The position numbers and the translations under genes were made by a program. A stretch of DNA of 60,494 nucleotides, the filler included, from Hausera hauseri (lineage: Eukaryota): the NCBI GenBank assembly GCA_046269625.1. It is 9 parts of 9 records of this genome, joined end to end, with 100 filler letters (N's around TTAATTAATTAA, not from the genome) between each part and the next. Parts side by side here need not be neighbours in the genome. Positions count along the whole stretch, not along the records: positions 1 to 10,360 come from JBJURY010199970.1; positions 10,461 to 16,905 come from JBJURY010100321.1; 7 more parts are not named here. One strand, 5' to 3'. Shown here in pieces: positions 1 through 11,570 of this stretch (within the stretch, counting starts at the first letter, position 1; each line of letters opens with the position of its first letter). The notes beneath the pieces were generated by a model. The model searched no databases, had not been told where the DNA came from, and was given only the letters and a program-made list of their open reading frames with translations.

Positions 1-168
1 TCCAAATTTATTCTTCAAATCCCCGGTATTCTTAAACTGCTTTACAATTTTTGATATACCGGCGATAGAAACACCAAGCTGGTTTAAATATCACTATAAC
101 TTCTCCCTTGGTTGACTTTGTCCATTATTAGTTCCCTCATTCGTATATCAAAAACAGTATTTTTGGCA
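1..168 (-). mobile_element. Tc1/mariner-type transposase N-terminal HTH fragment (frameshifted; runs off window start)
   Basis: Manual minus-strand translation gives MRELIMDKVNQGRSYSDI(fs)NQLGVSIAGISKIVKQFKNTGDLKNKFG, matching the paired-like HTH pattern G.S...IA..LGVS...V..IVK.F..TG. Confidence 0.5.
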
Positions 169-1099
169 TTTTGGTAGCAATTTGTGTGAGAACGAAAATT
201 ATTGTTTGAAACTAATTAATTCAAATTACGCGCTCATTTTAAAATTTTTAATTTATATAAACAAATATTTATTTTACTATATTTCATACGAATGTTGCAG
301 GAAATTCATTTATACAGTTTCGTATTTGCAATTATATTAAATTTGTTTGAAATTTGTTAAATCTTCACGACTTTTTATGGGGGTATAATAAGTACTCTGT
401 ATTGTTCTATAATTTTAATTGATCTGTTTACATTAAGTGATAATTCCCAACTCAATTTTAATTTTATANNNNNNNNNNTAAATAAACGTCGTAACATTCT
501 ACACTCGCTGCTAAGAAAGTAAAACAAAAAGTGCATCTATTAACTTGCATTTTGTATGGTAATTAAAATTTTAAAATGACTTAAAATTTCTATTTTTCCT
601 AATTTCTGTTTTGAAATCAAAATATTGTAAGTTTACTAAGCGTCGATTTTAAACTAATTATTAAGTTTCATAGTTGTCGTGATAATTTATTAAACTAAAA
701 TAAAACTTAATCTTTTGCCTGTCCTATCTATTAGTATCTTATAGAATTACTTTTTATTTATTTAAACTTACGGCATGAATTCGGCTCAGGAGGTATACTG
801 GCCTACTTTCCTCTTATTGGAAAGTGATTTTAGACCGACGACATTAGTTATCGTCTACCGGAAGTCAGGCTTCATTTTTAGATACCATCTTATTTAGTTA
901 TTTTGTTAATTAAATACAAACCAAAATGAGATTAATAATTTTTAATAATCGTTATGTTGTTCTTCCGTAAACATTTCTGAGTGACATTCCTTCTCGACAT
1001 GTAGTTTCTATAGGTAAGTCTGGCGGGTGATCCGATGATTTTCACTGATCATCTACACCTGTTTATTCTTCCTGCATCGGATTAGTCCTGTCTTAAGTC

Positions 1100-3100
1100 A
1101 CCTTATGAAATCGCCTTATCCACTTCAGGAGAGGCAAATATCGTATTTGTCCACATTTAATTCTGAAAATAAGCACCTAAACGGAGTGGACAATTTAGTA
1201 GCTGACTTTTTGTCCCGATTGGTCGGTTCGATTGATTTTACACCAATTTTCCCTTAATCCTCCTGACATCCTTAAATCTTTTAAATCGTGCAAAACAATC
1301 GACGATGTGGCTTTTGACATCTCCAAACCTAATAATCCTAAAGCCATCCTTTCTGAATCGCTTCGAAAAGAAGCATTCAACAACATCCATTCGTTGCATC
1401 ATCCCAGTGCCAAGGCCACTTTTCGACTCTTACAACGTCAAGTAGTATGGCCGTCGATGCGCTTTGACGTGCAGGCATGGGTTAGGCAGTGTGTGTCATG
1501 CCAAAACTACAAAGTTACTAAACATTTAAAGCCACCACTATATCATTTTCCCTACACGCCTTGTTTTGCATCTGTCAACATTGACCTTGTAGGCTCACTA
1601 CCTTTAGACAACGGCCATCAGTTCATCCTCACAATGATGTACCGTTTCTCGCGATAACCAGAGGCTGTCCCACTTTGGAGCACCAACACAGAAACAATCG
1701 CAGACGTTTTCATCCGCACTTGCATTAACAGGTTTGGATCACCTCGCCACATTATTTCGGACCACGGCCCACAGTTCGAATCCAACCTGTTTAAAGCTCT
1801 TGTCAATCGATTGGGAATTAACCACATTCACACGTCACCATATCGTCCTCAATCGTATGGCCTTCTCGAATGCTTTCACCGAACAATGAAAAGGTCTCTT
1901 AAAATCCTTCCTAAGTCCAGTCGCAGTTGGACCACACTCCTTCCATACGTTCTGCTTGGCTGGCGGAACACACGCTGCTCTCCTGCAGAAGCATTATTTG
2001 GTACTTCTATAAGACCATTATTCGAGCTGGCTGAGCTGGACAATATTCCTACAGATGAAACCATACAAGCGGCCCGGAGACACGTCATTGAGATCAGCAA
2101 AGACTCATTTTGTAGACTGTTACATGCAAATAAACCCAACATACCCGACGATTTATATACTGCCAAGTTCGTATGGCTAAAAATCAGACGCCGTGTGGTT
2201 TTTAACCTAAGTATGTTGGTCCTTACAAAGTAATTCGTTTACACTCTCACAACATCATCATTTTCAAGGACGACAAAGAAGTAACAGTCCACATCAACAA
2301 CGCTAAGCGGGCTTTCTTCATTGATGATACGTCTCCCATCGAAACCATTTCTCCACCAACATTTTACACGAATCGCAGAAATCCAATAATTCACCTTCCA
2401 TCTCTGCTCAATTCTTTAACCCACTTTCCCCTACATTTTCTCCCAAGACTACTACTTCTATTTTTTGACATTTCATCCCCTTTTTCCCCATCCGATTTTG
2501 CACCATCAAGCCATTTAACAACTCCTTCATCCCCTGTTGACAACCTGCTTTCTCCTTTAAAAGACCTCCTCTGCCAAACACCACTTCGACTTCACCAATC
2601 TCTCCATCTACACCTTTTATCATTCAAACCTCTTGCATACCACCTTCCAACTATTTTCCTTCGCCTTCTCCATCTTCTTGCTATCTTCCGTTTTTTCCTC
2701 TTCACCACTTTCTCACTCTCTTTTTCCTTCCACACCTTCCTCACCTCGGCGCTCTCTTTCTCCCTCTCTCCTCACACATCGCCTTTTACTCCTTTCATTT
2801 CCGCTTCGCAACTTCCTTCTCTCTCCACTTCTATCCCTATCTCTCTTCCTCTCTCTACCACTACCTCTGTTTCATCCTCTACTTCTACCCTTTCACCTAA
2901 TACAATTTCAATTTCTACGCCACTTTTCGTCACTTCTCCTTCATCTGCCACTACACCTTTTATCATACCTTCGTCTTCTAACACTCTCTTGAATACCTTT
3001 AACCATCTGTCTTCAACAATCTCTCTTCCTCCTTCACCTTCTTCTTCTCCTTATTCTGACTTATCTTCGAACGACACAACACTCCCAACAAAAAGATTGG
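1100..3100 (+). mobile_element. Family A Gypsy (CsRN1-like) 3' fragment: end of RNase H, integrase, S/T/P-rich tail; decayed
   Basis: HHPSAKATFRLLQRQVVWPSMRFDVQAWVRQCVSCQ (HHCC), IDLVGSLP, SDHGPQFES, YRPQSYGLLECFHRTMK; followed by a pyrimidine-rich low-complexity tail also present at 23.5-24.1 kb. Confidence 0.9.
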
Positions 3101-3169
3101 GAACATGCTGATGAAAAACAGTTTCTATCACACTACTGTGATGCAGAGTCAGAATCTTCGGATTTAGGT

Positions 3170-4790
3170 CGACAGGCTAGATTTAACAACTATTCCTTAT
3201 CTCGTTTCAAAACGTCTTCATCCGAAAAAGACTTCGGTTCCAAAACAACCAAACGAATCGTCAGACGACGATTCGGATGATTACCAGAAGGATAGAAGAT
3301 CAAATCAATTGAACAATCGAAAATCACATTTGTCCAGAATCTCAGGACCTAATCGCACATCCCGAAAGATAAAAATTCGGAATCGCCTATCTCGAATGAA
3401 ATCCCATATTCAAAATTTCCGATCAGCCAAACTCGGTCTTCAACCTTACAACGGTCAGGAGTTACTTCATCTAACTTCTTCGAAAGAAATCGGACAGATC
3501 CCTGGTAAGAAGACACGAATGATCTGCAAAGATATCGATCTGCAGTCTCCACAATACAACACGATACCACCAATCATGGAGAAACCAGTACAGAACAATG
3601 TGAGATTCACCATTATCATTGTTCGGTCGACGAATATTTTGATATATTTTTTTACCAACGATAAATCTTACACAACATCACCCCCTAAAACCTATATATC
3701 TGCCATTATAAGGTCACCCCCTTCAAATGTGAGTATATCTGAGATTGTCGATTTACTTTCACGTTTGAGTATTTATATCGATGAGGAATTGAGAATCATG
3801 TTTCATTAGGTCCCGATAAGTACCATACCCACTTCGAATAATATTTTAAAGACAATCAGTCCAGCAGGTTCGCTCTCAATAGATAGTATGACTTTTTTGG
3901 AATTAGTAAACGATGTACTTGATTTAAAATGGCTACAAAAATTACTATTGCCAACAATCGCGTCGTTGCCTTTGTTGATGGTATACGAGAATTCAAAGGG
4001 GACCAATTACACTGTTACATCGATGTTCTTTAGAATGTTTTTAGGCAAGTTTGTTGAATTTGGTCGCCTCTATTATAATTATATGGCGATGCTGACTATT
4101 TCCCGTACAAATCCAATCATTATTTACACGGGTATAAAGAAAATTGAGGCTGGCCAAAATTTGGTTAATGCAGTTTTTATTAGCTGCCCCAATTTTATTG
4201 AATTTGCTACCAGCCCTTTTTGGCAGAACCATTTTTTTTCTATATTTGTTATGATTCCATCTATTTTCTGTCGTCTCGAAATTTTGAAACACAGCCATTA
4301 TACAGCGAAGGCGTTTGTTGCTGATATATTTTGTAATTATTCCGACACGACTTTTACCTTCGTTGCAATTCTAGACCATTTCAACAAAACACTTCTTTTC
4401 TTTAGTCCTCAGATGATAAATTTCGTCTATTCTATTCAAACGTTGCTTCACTTTATCCTTTGTCCACGACATTGATTGTCGAGATATTTTGCTACTGTCG
4501 ACAAAGTTACTCATTCTAAATTGAAATTTAAAATAGCTTCATTGGGCAAAATTGGTAAACTACGCTTTCACGTTCTGAAGTATTTGACACTCATAGGCAT
4601 TTATGAACTCGACGATGACTACATAGAATTTAATAAAATAGCCCAAACAGCTTGTGGCATTGTTAAATACTCACCACTCGTACCTTGTCCCACCAAACCG
4701 TTCAAACCCAATACCGAACCATCTATGGAAATTAATGGATCTGTAAGGCGACGAAATGGAATCGAGGTACATTATCGTAAATTAACCCTC
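3170..4790 (+). pseudogene. Unknown host-like ORF fragment, possibly a divergent DH-PH RhoGEF
   Basis: ORFs 3309, 3888 and 4476 share one frame broken by two stops. SPFWQNHFFSIFVMIP and IQTLLHF..SRYF..LRFHVLKYLTLI weakly recall the DH end and PH start of ephexin-type GEFs. Confidence 0.3.
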
Positions 4791-4850
4791 TTAACTTCGT
4801 ACGACCACATTGACATACCACTTTACCCAGCTTGCCGTCTATCATCGCCG

Positions 4851-5066
4851 TTATCATTCTTCCTTTATGTCAATAATAACCTAATACAAACCATATATAT
4901 CACACAACGTATGGAAACGTTACAATTATATGCTTTCGTTTATAACACCACCGCCTATACAGATTTTTACCTAACTCACAACGGTTTCATTTTTACTGAC
5001 CTCACACAAGTCATGGCCTCACACCATCATCTATGTATAAACGTCAATCCTAGGGTTCGCGGCGGT
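4851..5066 (+). other. Ubiquitin-like domain ending in RGG at the Gag N-terminus (family A)
   Basis: 72 codons LSFFLYVNNN...TDFYLTHNGFIFTDL...LCINVNPRVRGG, in frame with gag. Confidence 0.65.
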
Positions 5067-6152
5067 ACGATTGCTCTACTAACTAGTGACACCACCGATA
5101 AAGCGACCACAAAACCCAAACCGATTCTCTACTACCCCAAACCAAATCATCCACCTACTTCAACCGATGCATATTCTTCTCACAAAAATCCTTTCAATAC
5201 TACACCACATTACACTGAATACTTTATAGACAATGAGAAGTCTAGTAAAATCTGGCTCTACTTCCATCAACTCTCGTTACAGTCCAACGGTATCACAGAC
5301 TCGTTATCCAAAGCCCGTAACCTACTTTATCTTCTACCAAACTCTATAAGGGCCTTAATCCATAACTTACTGGACATTTTCCAACACTCTGGCCCTTATA
5401 CACAATTGTTCAATGCCGTGTTAAAACAGACAGACCCTTCAATTGATTCAATAATGCAGTGTTTCTTTAATGAAAACGCAATGGGGACACAAAAACCTAG
5501 CGATTTCCTACGCACCTCGTTGGCTCACTTACGTACTCTAGGCGTCACCAAGGAACATTACCCGGATCTACTTCGACGATATTTCCTTAACGCTTTACCA
5601 GTTCAGATTAGGGCTTTGCTTACGGTTGTGGAAGATTCTACAGCGTTAGATAAACTGGATGAATTGGCAAACAAATCACACGAAGTCTTACAAATCCAAT
5701 CACAACATATTATATCAACCGCAATTACTAACGATGACAATCAATGACATACTTCTGTTGAGCACCAGTTAAATCAACTACGAGCCGAAAATGCGACCCT
5801 ACAAACAACAATAAATAGTATCACTAATAAACCGAACGAGATTTCATTGACTCGACGTGAGGGTTTCATATGTGACCGTAACCGTTCAGTATCTCGTGGT
5901 CGTTCACCTTCACCTGGACGACCACCGATTTGCTATTATCACGATAGATTCGACAACAAAGCACAAAAATGCCACCTAGAGTGCAAATTTTATGATCAAA
6001 AATACCATACTGACAACGTCACTTGCATATCTTATACACAATTCAGACATATTGCACGCAAATGCATTCCAGGTTGCACGTTTAAAAACAAATCACACCA
6101 TGCGAATGTCGAACGCACAACTTTCGTTTCTAACAGTCGCCCAGGTTCTTCG

Positions 6153-6200
6153 TTTACAAAAATTGACTTCGCCGCCAGGGTTTTCGGCAAACACTGGCGA
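6153..6200 (+). promoter_or_regulatory. Putative -1 ribosomal frameshift signal at gag/pol junction (slippery site, TGA, hairpin)
   Basis: CAAAAAT-TGA followed by GCCAG-GGTTT-TCGGC-AAAC-A-CTGGC; same architecture in three other copies. Confidence 0.6.
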
Positions 6201-9200
6201 AGGCCACTCTTCACTTCCTAATAGTCGAAAAATTTCTTTCGCCGTATTCACATTAAAAGCTTCCACCATCGCACCGACACCTCAACACATAGATTTTCTC
6301 ACCGGTTCAGGTGCAGCGATTTCTTTACTACCGCTCACCTTTCCAACTCAACACACTCCAGCAAAAATTAAACCTTTATTCACAGCTTCAGGACAACCGC
6401 TACATGTTTCCGGTACATGTAGGTTTTCTTTTATCCTTCCAAAATTTACTCAAACGTTCCACTGGACATTTACCGTTGCAAATATCCAAACAGTTATTTT
6501 AGGATCAGATTTTCTTTCGCACTATAACGTCCTTATTGATTGTAAACAACGCTGACTGACAAGTGGTCTCAATGAAAAGCGATTCGTTCACGACGACACA
6601 ATTTCGGCTGTCGTACGGATGAATACAGCTCAAAAGCCGATATTAAAAAAATCGTTAAACAATCTTTTTTCTTACAACCATGGCACCTTGTTTTATAAAT
6701 CACTAAAGAACAATGTTATTGACGATTGGGATTTACACAGAGATAAAAGTGATTCTGTTACCACTACCAAATCCTTTGATAAAACTACAAACAACAATAC
6801 CATCTTCAATACTACCATCCTGCATCGAATACCACTTCATTCTCGACCACCAAATAAATTCCGAATTGCTACTGTTACTGATACAGCCAAAGTTACCGGT
6901 AAGACCTCTTTGCTACCACCAAATTTTTCGCAATTATCTGCAAGTCTGCAGCAATTCATCCACGTATCTTGTCACAGAATTATTCAAAAAGATAGGTCTT
7001 TTACACCAGAAAATACCACTTTTCACCACATTGTGACACAACATCAACGACCTATCCGCCAAAAGGTACGTCCTTTATCTCCTCGTCGTAGACAGGCAGT
7101 TGAAACCGAATTTCTAAAACTAGAACGTTCCGGAATTGTACGTCGCTCAAAATCCCCATGGTCGTCACCATTACATGTCGTACAAAAGAAGGATGGAACT
7201 TTTCGACCATGTGGCGATTATCGTCAGTTGAACACTTTGACAAAAATGGATGCATACCCGTTGCCACTCATTTAGGATATCTTAAATCGTCTTCACTCAA
7301 CTGCCATTTACTCTACCATCGATTTATCCAAAGCCTACCATCAAATTCCTGTGGCACCTGAGGATATCGAAAAAACAGCCGTCACTACTCCTTTTGGCTT
7401 ATATGAATATCTGTACATGCCTTTTGGTTTACGGAAAGCTGCGCAAACTTTTCAACGCCACATCGATACTATCCTTTCCTATTTTCCATATGTTCATCCC
7501 TATATCGATGACATATTAATTGCTTATTCCTAAATCAAACAACACGAAGAACATCTCAGATCAATATTTCAACGCTTACACCAGCATAGATTGCAGATAA
7601 ATTTCGCCAGATGACACTTATTCCAGAAGCGTATACATTTTATTGCTCACGTTATTTCTGCCGAAGGTCACTCGCCTCAGTCTGACCGAGTTGAAGCCTT
7701 ACAAAACGTACAGCTACCTCGTACAACATCAGAAATGAGGAGCTTTTTGGGCACCTTACATTTCGTCCGTTTGCTCACCGTTTGCTCACCTTAGTTGTGG
7801 AAAAAACACCAACCAATACTGTGGACTCCTGAACTTGTAAACAAATTCGAAAAGCTAAGAGAAGGTTTAAAAACTATGGAAATATTAGCTTTTCCCAAGC
7901 ACGATGCACAGCTGATCCTCACTACAGACGCCTCCACCACCGCTGTGGGCGCCGTACTTCATCAAATTTATAAGGGTAAGAACCAGCCTTTGGAATTTTT
8001 TTCACGCAAGGTAACACCTCCCGAAACTAGATACTCCACTTTCGACCGAGAACTACTGGCGATAGTTCTTGCTTTAAAACACTTCTCACATTTACTAACC
8101 TCTCGACGTTTCACTATACAGATCGATCACAAACCTTTAATCTATATCATGACGATGAAACATCCATCATCTAGGCAGGAACGTCAGATCTCTTACTTGT
8201 CGACGTTTAATTTTGAGATCAAACACATTAACGGTGTAAACAACTTAGTCGCTCATTTCCTTTCAAGATCCGTTAGCTCCATTAATTTTAAACCTATTTA
8301 CACAAGATCAGCTACAAGAAAACCAACCACCTCCAGACATGCTTAAATCTTTCCGATCTTACAACATTATTGACGGCGTAGCTTTAGACACTTCCAAACC
8401 AGGTCATTCTGTAATAATTCCCGCACCACCTTTACAACAGCAAGCGTTTAACAGTGTACATTTACTGCATCATCCTGGCGCTAAGGCAACTTTTCGCCTA
8501 CTTTACCGGCACGTAATATGGCTGACAATGCATTTCGATGTGCAAGCATGGGTTAAGGAGTGCGTGGCTTGCCAGAAATTTAAAATCACCAAACATCTAA
8601 AGCTATCACTATATCACTTCCCTTGCACATCACGTTTCGAGTCCGTACATATAGATATCGTCGGCCCTCTTTTTCTTGACAACGGTCATCAATTCATTTT
8701 GAACATGATGGATCGCGCCTCACGTTGGCCAGAAGCTGTCCCTCTACGGAGCACTAACACGGACACAATAGCCGATGTTTTCATACACACTTGGATCAGC
8801 AGGTACGGATCTCCTAGGTTTATTATTACGGACCAAGGTACTCAGTTCGAGTCCAATTTATTCAAATCATTAGTCAACCGCTTAGGAATCAACCACATTC
8901 ATACTACACCGTACCATCCCAATCGAATGGTCTTCTAGAGAGGTTCCACAGAACACTAAAATCGTCACTGAGAATCATCGCAGAATCCAATAGTAGTTTG
9001 ACTACTTTCCTCCCGTTAGTTCTTCTTGGCTGATGTAACACCAATTCTACTTCCACAGGTTGTTCACCTAAGGAGGCATTATTCGGAACACCTGTACGTT
9101 CATTATTTGAACTAACTGTATTAGATGACACACCTACAGACTAAGCTATCCGAGCGGCACAGAATCACTTTGTCTCAGTTAGCAAAGATTCATTCTGCGG

Positions 9201-9339
9201 GATAATTAATAATAATAAAACCACTTTTTCTTGCACGTCAATTTCCCCCATGACCTTAGCATATTTTCGCAATTTTTAAATTCAGGACACATGAGAACAC
9301 GGCTGTTGCGTCATTTCCTGTCCGGAAAGTGCACAACTT

Positions 9340-9435
9340 CGGGTCAAAATTGCGTAATTTTCACCGTAAGTGATGCAATTTACACCGGAAGTTGCGCAAT
9401 TTCAGACCGGAAGTTGAGCAACTTGCCCCGGGGCG
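9340..9435. repeat. Degenerate ~21-bp tandem repeats (ACCGGAAGTTGCGCAATTT-like), possibly subterminal repeats of a DNA transposon
   Basis: caccgtaagtgatgcaattt / caccggaagttgcgcaattt / gaccggaagttgagcaactt, ending in GCCCCGGGGC. Confidence 0.45.
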
Positions 9436-9686
9436 GGTGTTCCAGAACCGGCATTTTTATACCAGTATTGTCCTACGATCAATTCAGTTAACATACAGTC
9501 AGAACTCTTTCTTTTTTCTCTCTCTTACCGATACAGTTTCTGGAGAGACTTAATGGAGTTGTCGAAATTTTCAATGCAAGTATCCGTACATCCAGGCACA
9601 AAATTTCCTTTTGCAAATAACAGACCCCACGCTTGACCGGGAAATTTTCTCTTTGGACGTTAAATTAAGTCAATTACGATCTCGAG

Positions 9687-10360
9687 ATGAAACACCAACT
9701 ATTAATAAAAGTGAATTTACTTGTACAAAGCGATACATCTGAAAGTGAAAATCGTAATACCGAATCATCAAATCTCGATCTTTCTTTCAACACAAAAAGT
9801 GACGATGATGATATTCTTAGTTATTTGTACGTTATTATTAAATATCCACAGGAAGATGGATACTTTGTTACAATTACTGATCCATCAGGTGACTATTTTT
9901 GAACAGTTGTGTAACATTGGCGACAACATTCAAATTGAAATGATTGGCAATTCAATGGAATATAAAATTAAGTCTTAATGTCGGTGGAGTTTGTCAACAG
10001 ACTCATATGTACGTTCAAAATTCAGATACGGTTAAATCTAACGAAACGTTCGACAGTCAGGTGGACCAAGATATAATGGCCGCCGATAACATTGGGCCGA
10101 ACGTGGAACAGTCTGATAGTGGCGATAATGAAAAAGAGTGTAGCTTCGTCAAATATACCGTGTTAATCGATTCACCGAATAAACAACTGGCATCACTGAC
10201 TGATAAACATATTCATATATGCTTCAACGAGGCGGTCGATCTATACAAAACATTTGATACCGATTGCGGTTCTGCCTCTGTTCATTCGAATGGTTTCAAG
10301 AAATCCAAATCAGCACATAAATCGAAAAAACAATCAAATAATCATCATAATAACGAACTT
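9687..10360 (+). pseudogene. Unidentified frameshifted ORF fragment
   Basis: Three overlapping + ORFs (9687, 9721, 9944) with coding-like composition; no recognisable motif. Confidence 0.2.
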
Positions 10361-10460
10361 NNNNNNNNNNNNNNNNNNNNNNNNNNNNNNNNNNNNNNNN
10401 NNNNTTAATTAATTAANNNNNNNNNNNNNNNNNNNNNNNNNNNNNNNNNNNNNNNNNNNN
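10361..10460. other. Artificial contig linker (44 N + TTAATTAATTAA + 44 N)
   Basis: Identical 100-bp linkers also at 16906-17005, 22104-22203, 28736-28835, 36839-36938, 43996-44095, 50768-50867 and 55807-55906; the core has stops in all six frames. Confidence 0.98.
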
Positions 10461-11570
10461 TGACAGGGAAACGTTATGTAAATAGCATGGATACTAACTC
10501 GAAAACACGAGAAAACATAGCTAAACAGCCTACACCTGCCATATTAATTTCCGATACTCATGGACTAACATTTGTGAAAAAGGACATACTCACACGATGT
10601 GATGTAGTAATGTATGCCACTAATTATGAAGCATTTTTGTAACTGAAACAGAGATAAATGCCAAAACATTTAAGCTCAAGACTTAAGGTATACAAATTGA
10701 GGATTACCTAAAGTATAGAGATGACCACTTCTATTACAAAAGACAAGTCGGAATAACCGAACTATACCACAAAATGATAACGAACGATTGTAAATTAAAT
10801 TTGGAGATCATAAAAACTAAACTGGCTTTAATATATGCCAACCCCGAGCTAGCGTCACAAATAATTCAAATGAAGGAAGGTGTTCTGGCAGAATAACTGG
10901 AGAAGTTTTATAGACCTATGAATGCGAAAAGAGATGTGCCTATTAATGTTGAAGAACAGGTGCATACAAGAACTTCCGGTATTATATCAAGATATGCCGA
11001 GATTAGTGACGCCGATTACCAGAGTTCTACTGGCAAACTCAACTCAACCAGCAATTTTGAAGGATTGTAAAACGAGTTTAGGAGAACCAATGTTTAGACG
11101 TAGCGAAACGGATTGGGTAAGTTTACCAAATGAAGGTATAATCACTCCACCCATTAAGCTAACCGGAACAAACTTAATAAAAGGAATAACTGATGATAAA
11201 TTTCAAGACATCGCAGCCAAGGGTATTTACAGACGAAAAGAAGTTTAAGCATTCAGACAATTTCTGGCTTTTCCACGTCAGCGTACACAAGAACTAAACC
11301 GAGCTGTGCATACGATACTAGAGGATACGCGTTATCAAGCGAAATGGGAATCACTACTTGGCGTTAACCATTATCAGAATAAGCACAGAAATCTTGTATA
11401 AAATCTGGGAAAAATTTTTAATTTTTGGACAAGCTGCATCGGAATATTTAGCAGTTCATTTCTTAATTCAACAGGTTAAAGCAGTAATTCAAGCAATCAT
11501 AACGGTTATGAGATATTCACCCTAACAGGATTCTCGTGTAAGATTTTAATGGCTATTATCACACAATTAG
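10461..11570 (+). pseudogene. Chuvirus-like class III glycoprotein (env-like), C-terminal half
   Basis: Colinear with 47650-48780; ectodomain C-terminus and IWEKFLIFGQAASEYLAVHFLIQ..AII.GYEIF membrane region. Confidence 0.8.

Larger units (their letters stand above)
4800..9200 (+). mobile_element. Family A Gypsy (CsRN1-like), near-complete internal region: Ubl-gag, PR, RT, RNase H, IN; decayed, no LTRs seen
   Basis: Gag QKPSDFLR..LLRRYFLNALP, CYYH..F...A.KC...C boxes, PR FLTGSGAAISLL (Asp lost), [28 protein letters not shown] and YIDD, RH TDAS/YSTFDRELLA/DHKPL, IN HIDIVGPL/TDQGTQFES. Confidence 0.93.

Noticed and set aside
2408-2992. Glu/Val/Gly-rich and Leu/Ser-rich ORFs (also 23599-24132)
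   Set aside because: Alternative-frame and antisense shadows of the low-complexity pyrimidine-rich TE tail.
10361-10460. Regularly recurring TTAATTAATTAA palindrome between N runs (eight times)
   Set aside because: Fixed 44+12+44 format with six-frame stops marks an assembly linker; it is not a repeat family or CRISPR array. ORFs running into X stretches are artefacts.
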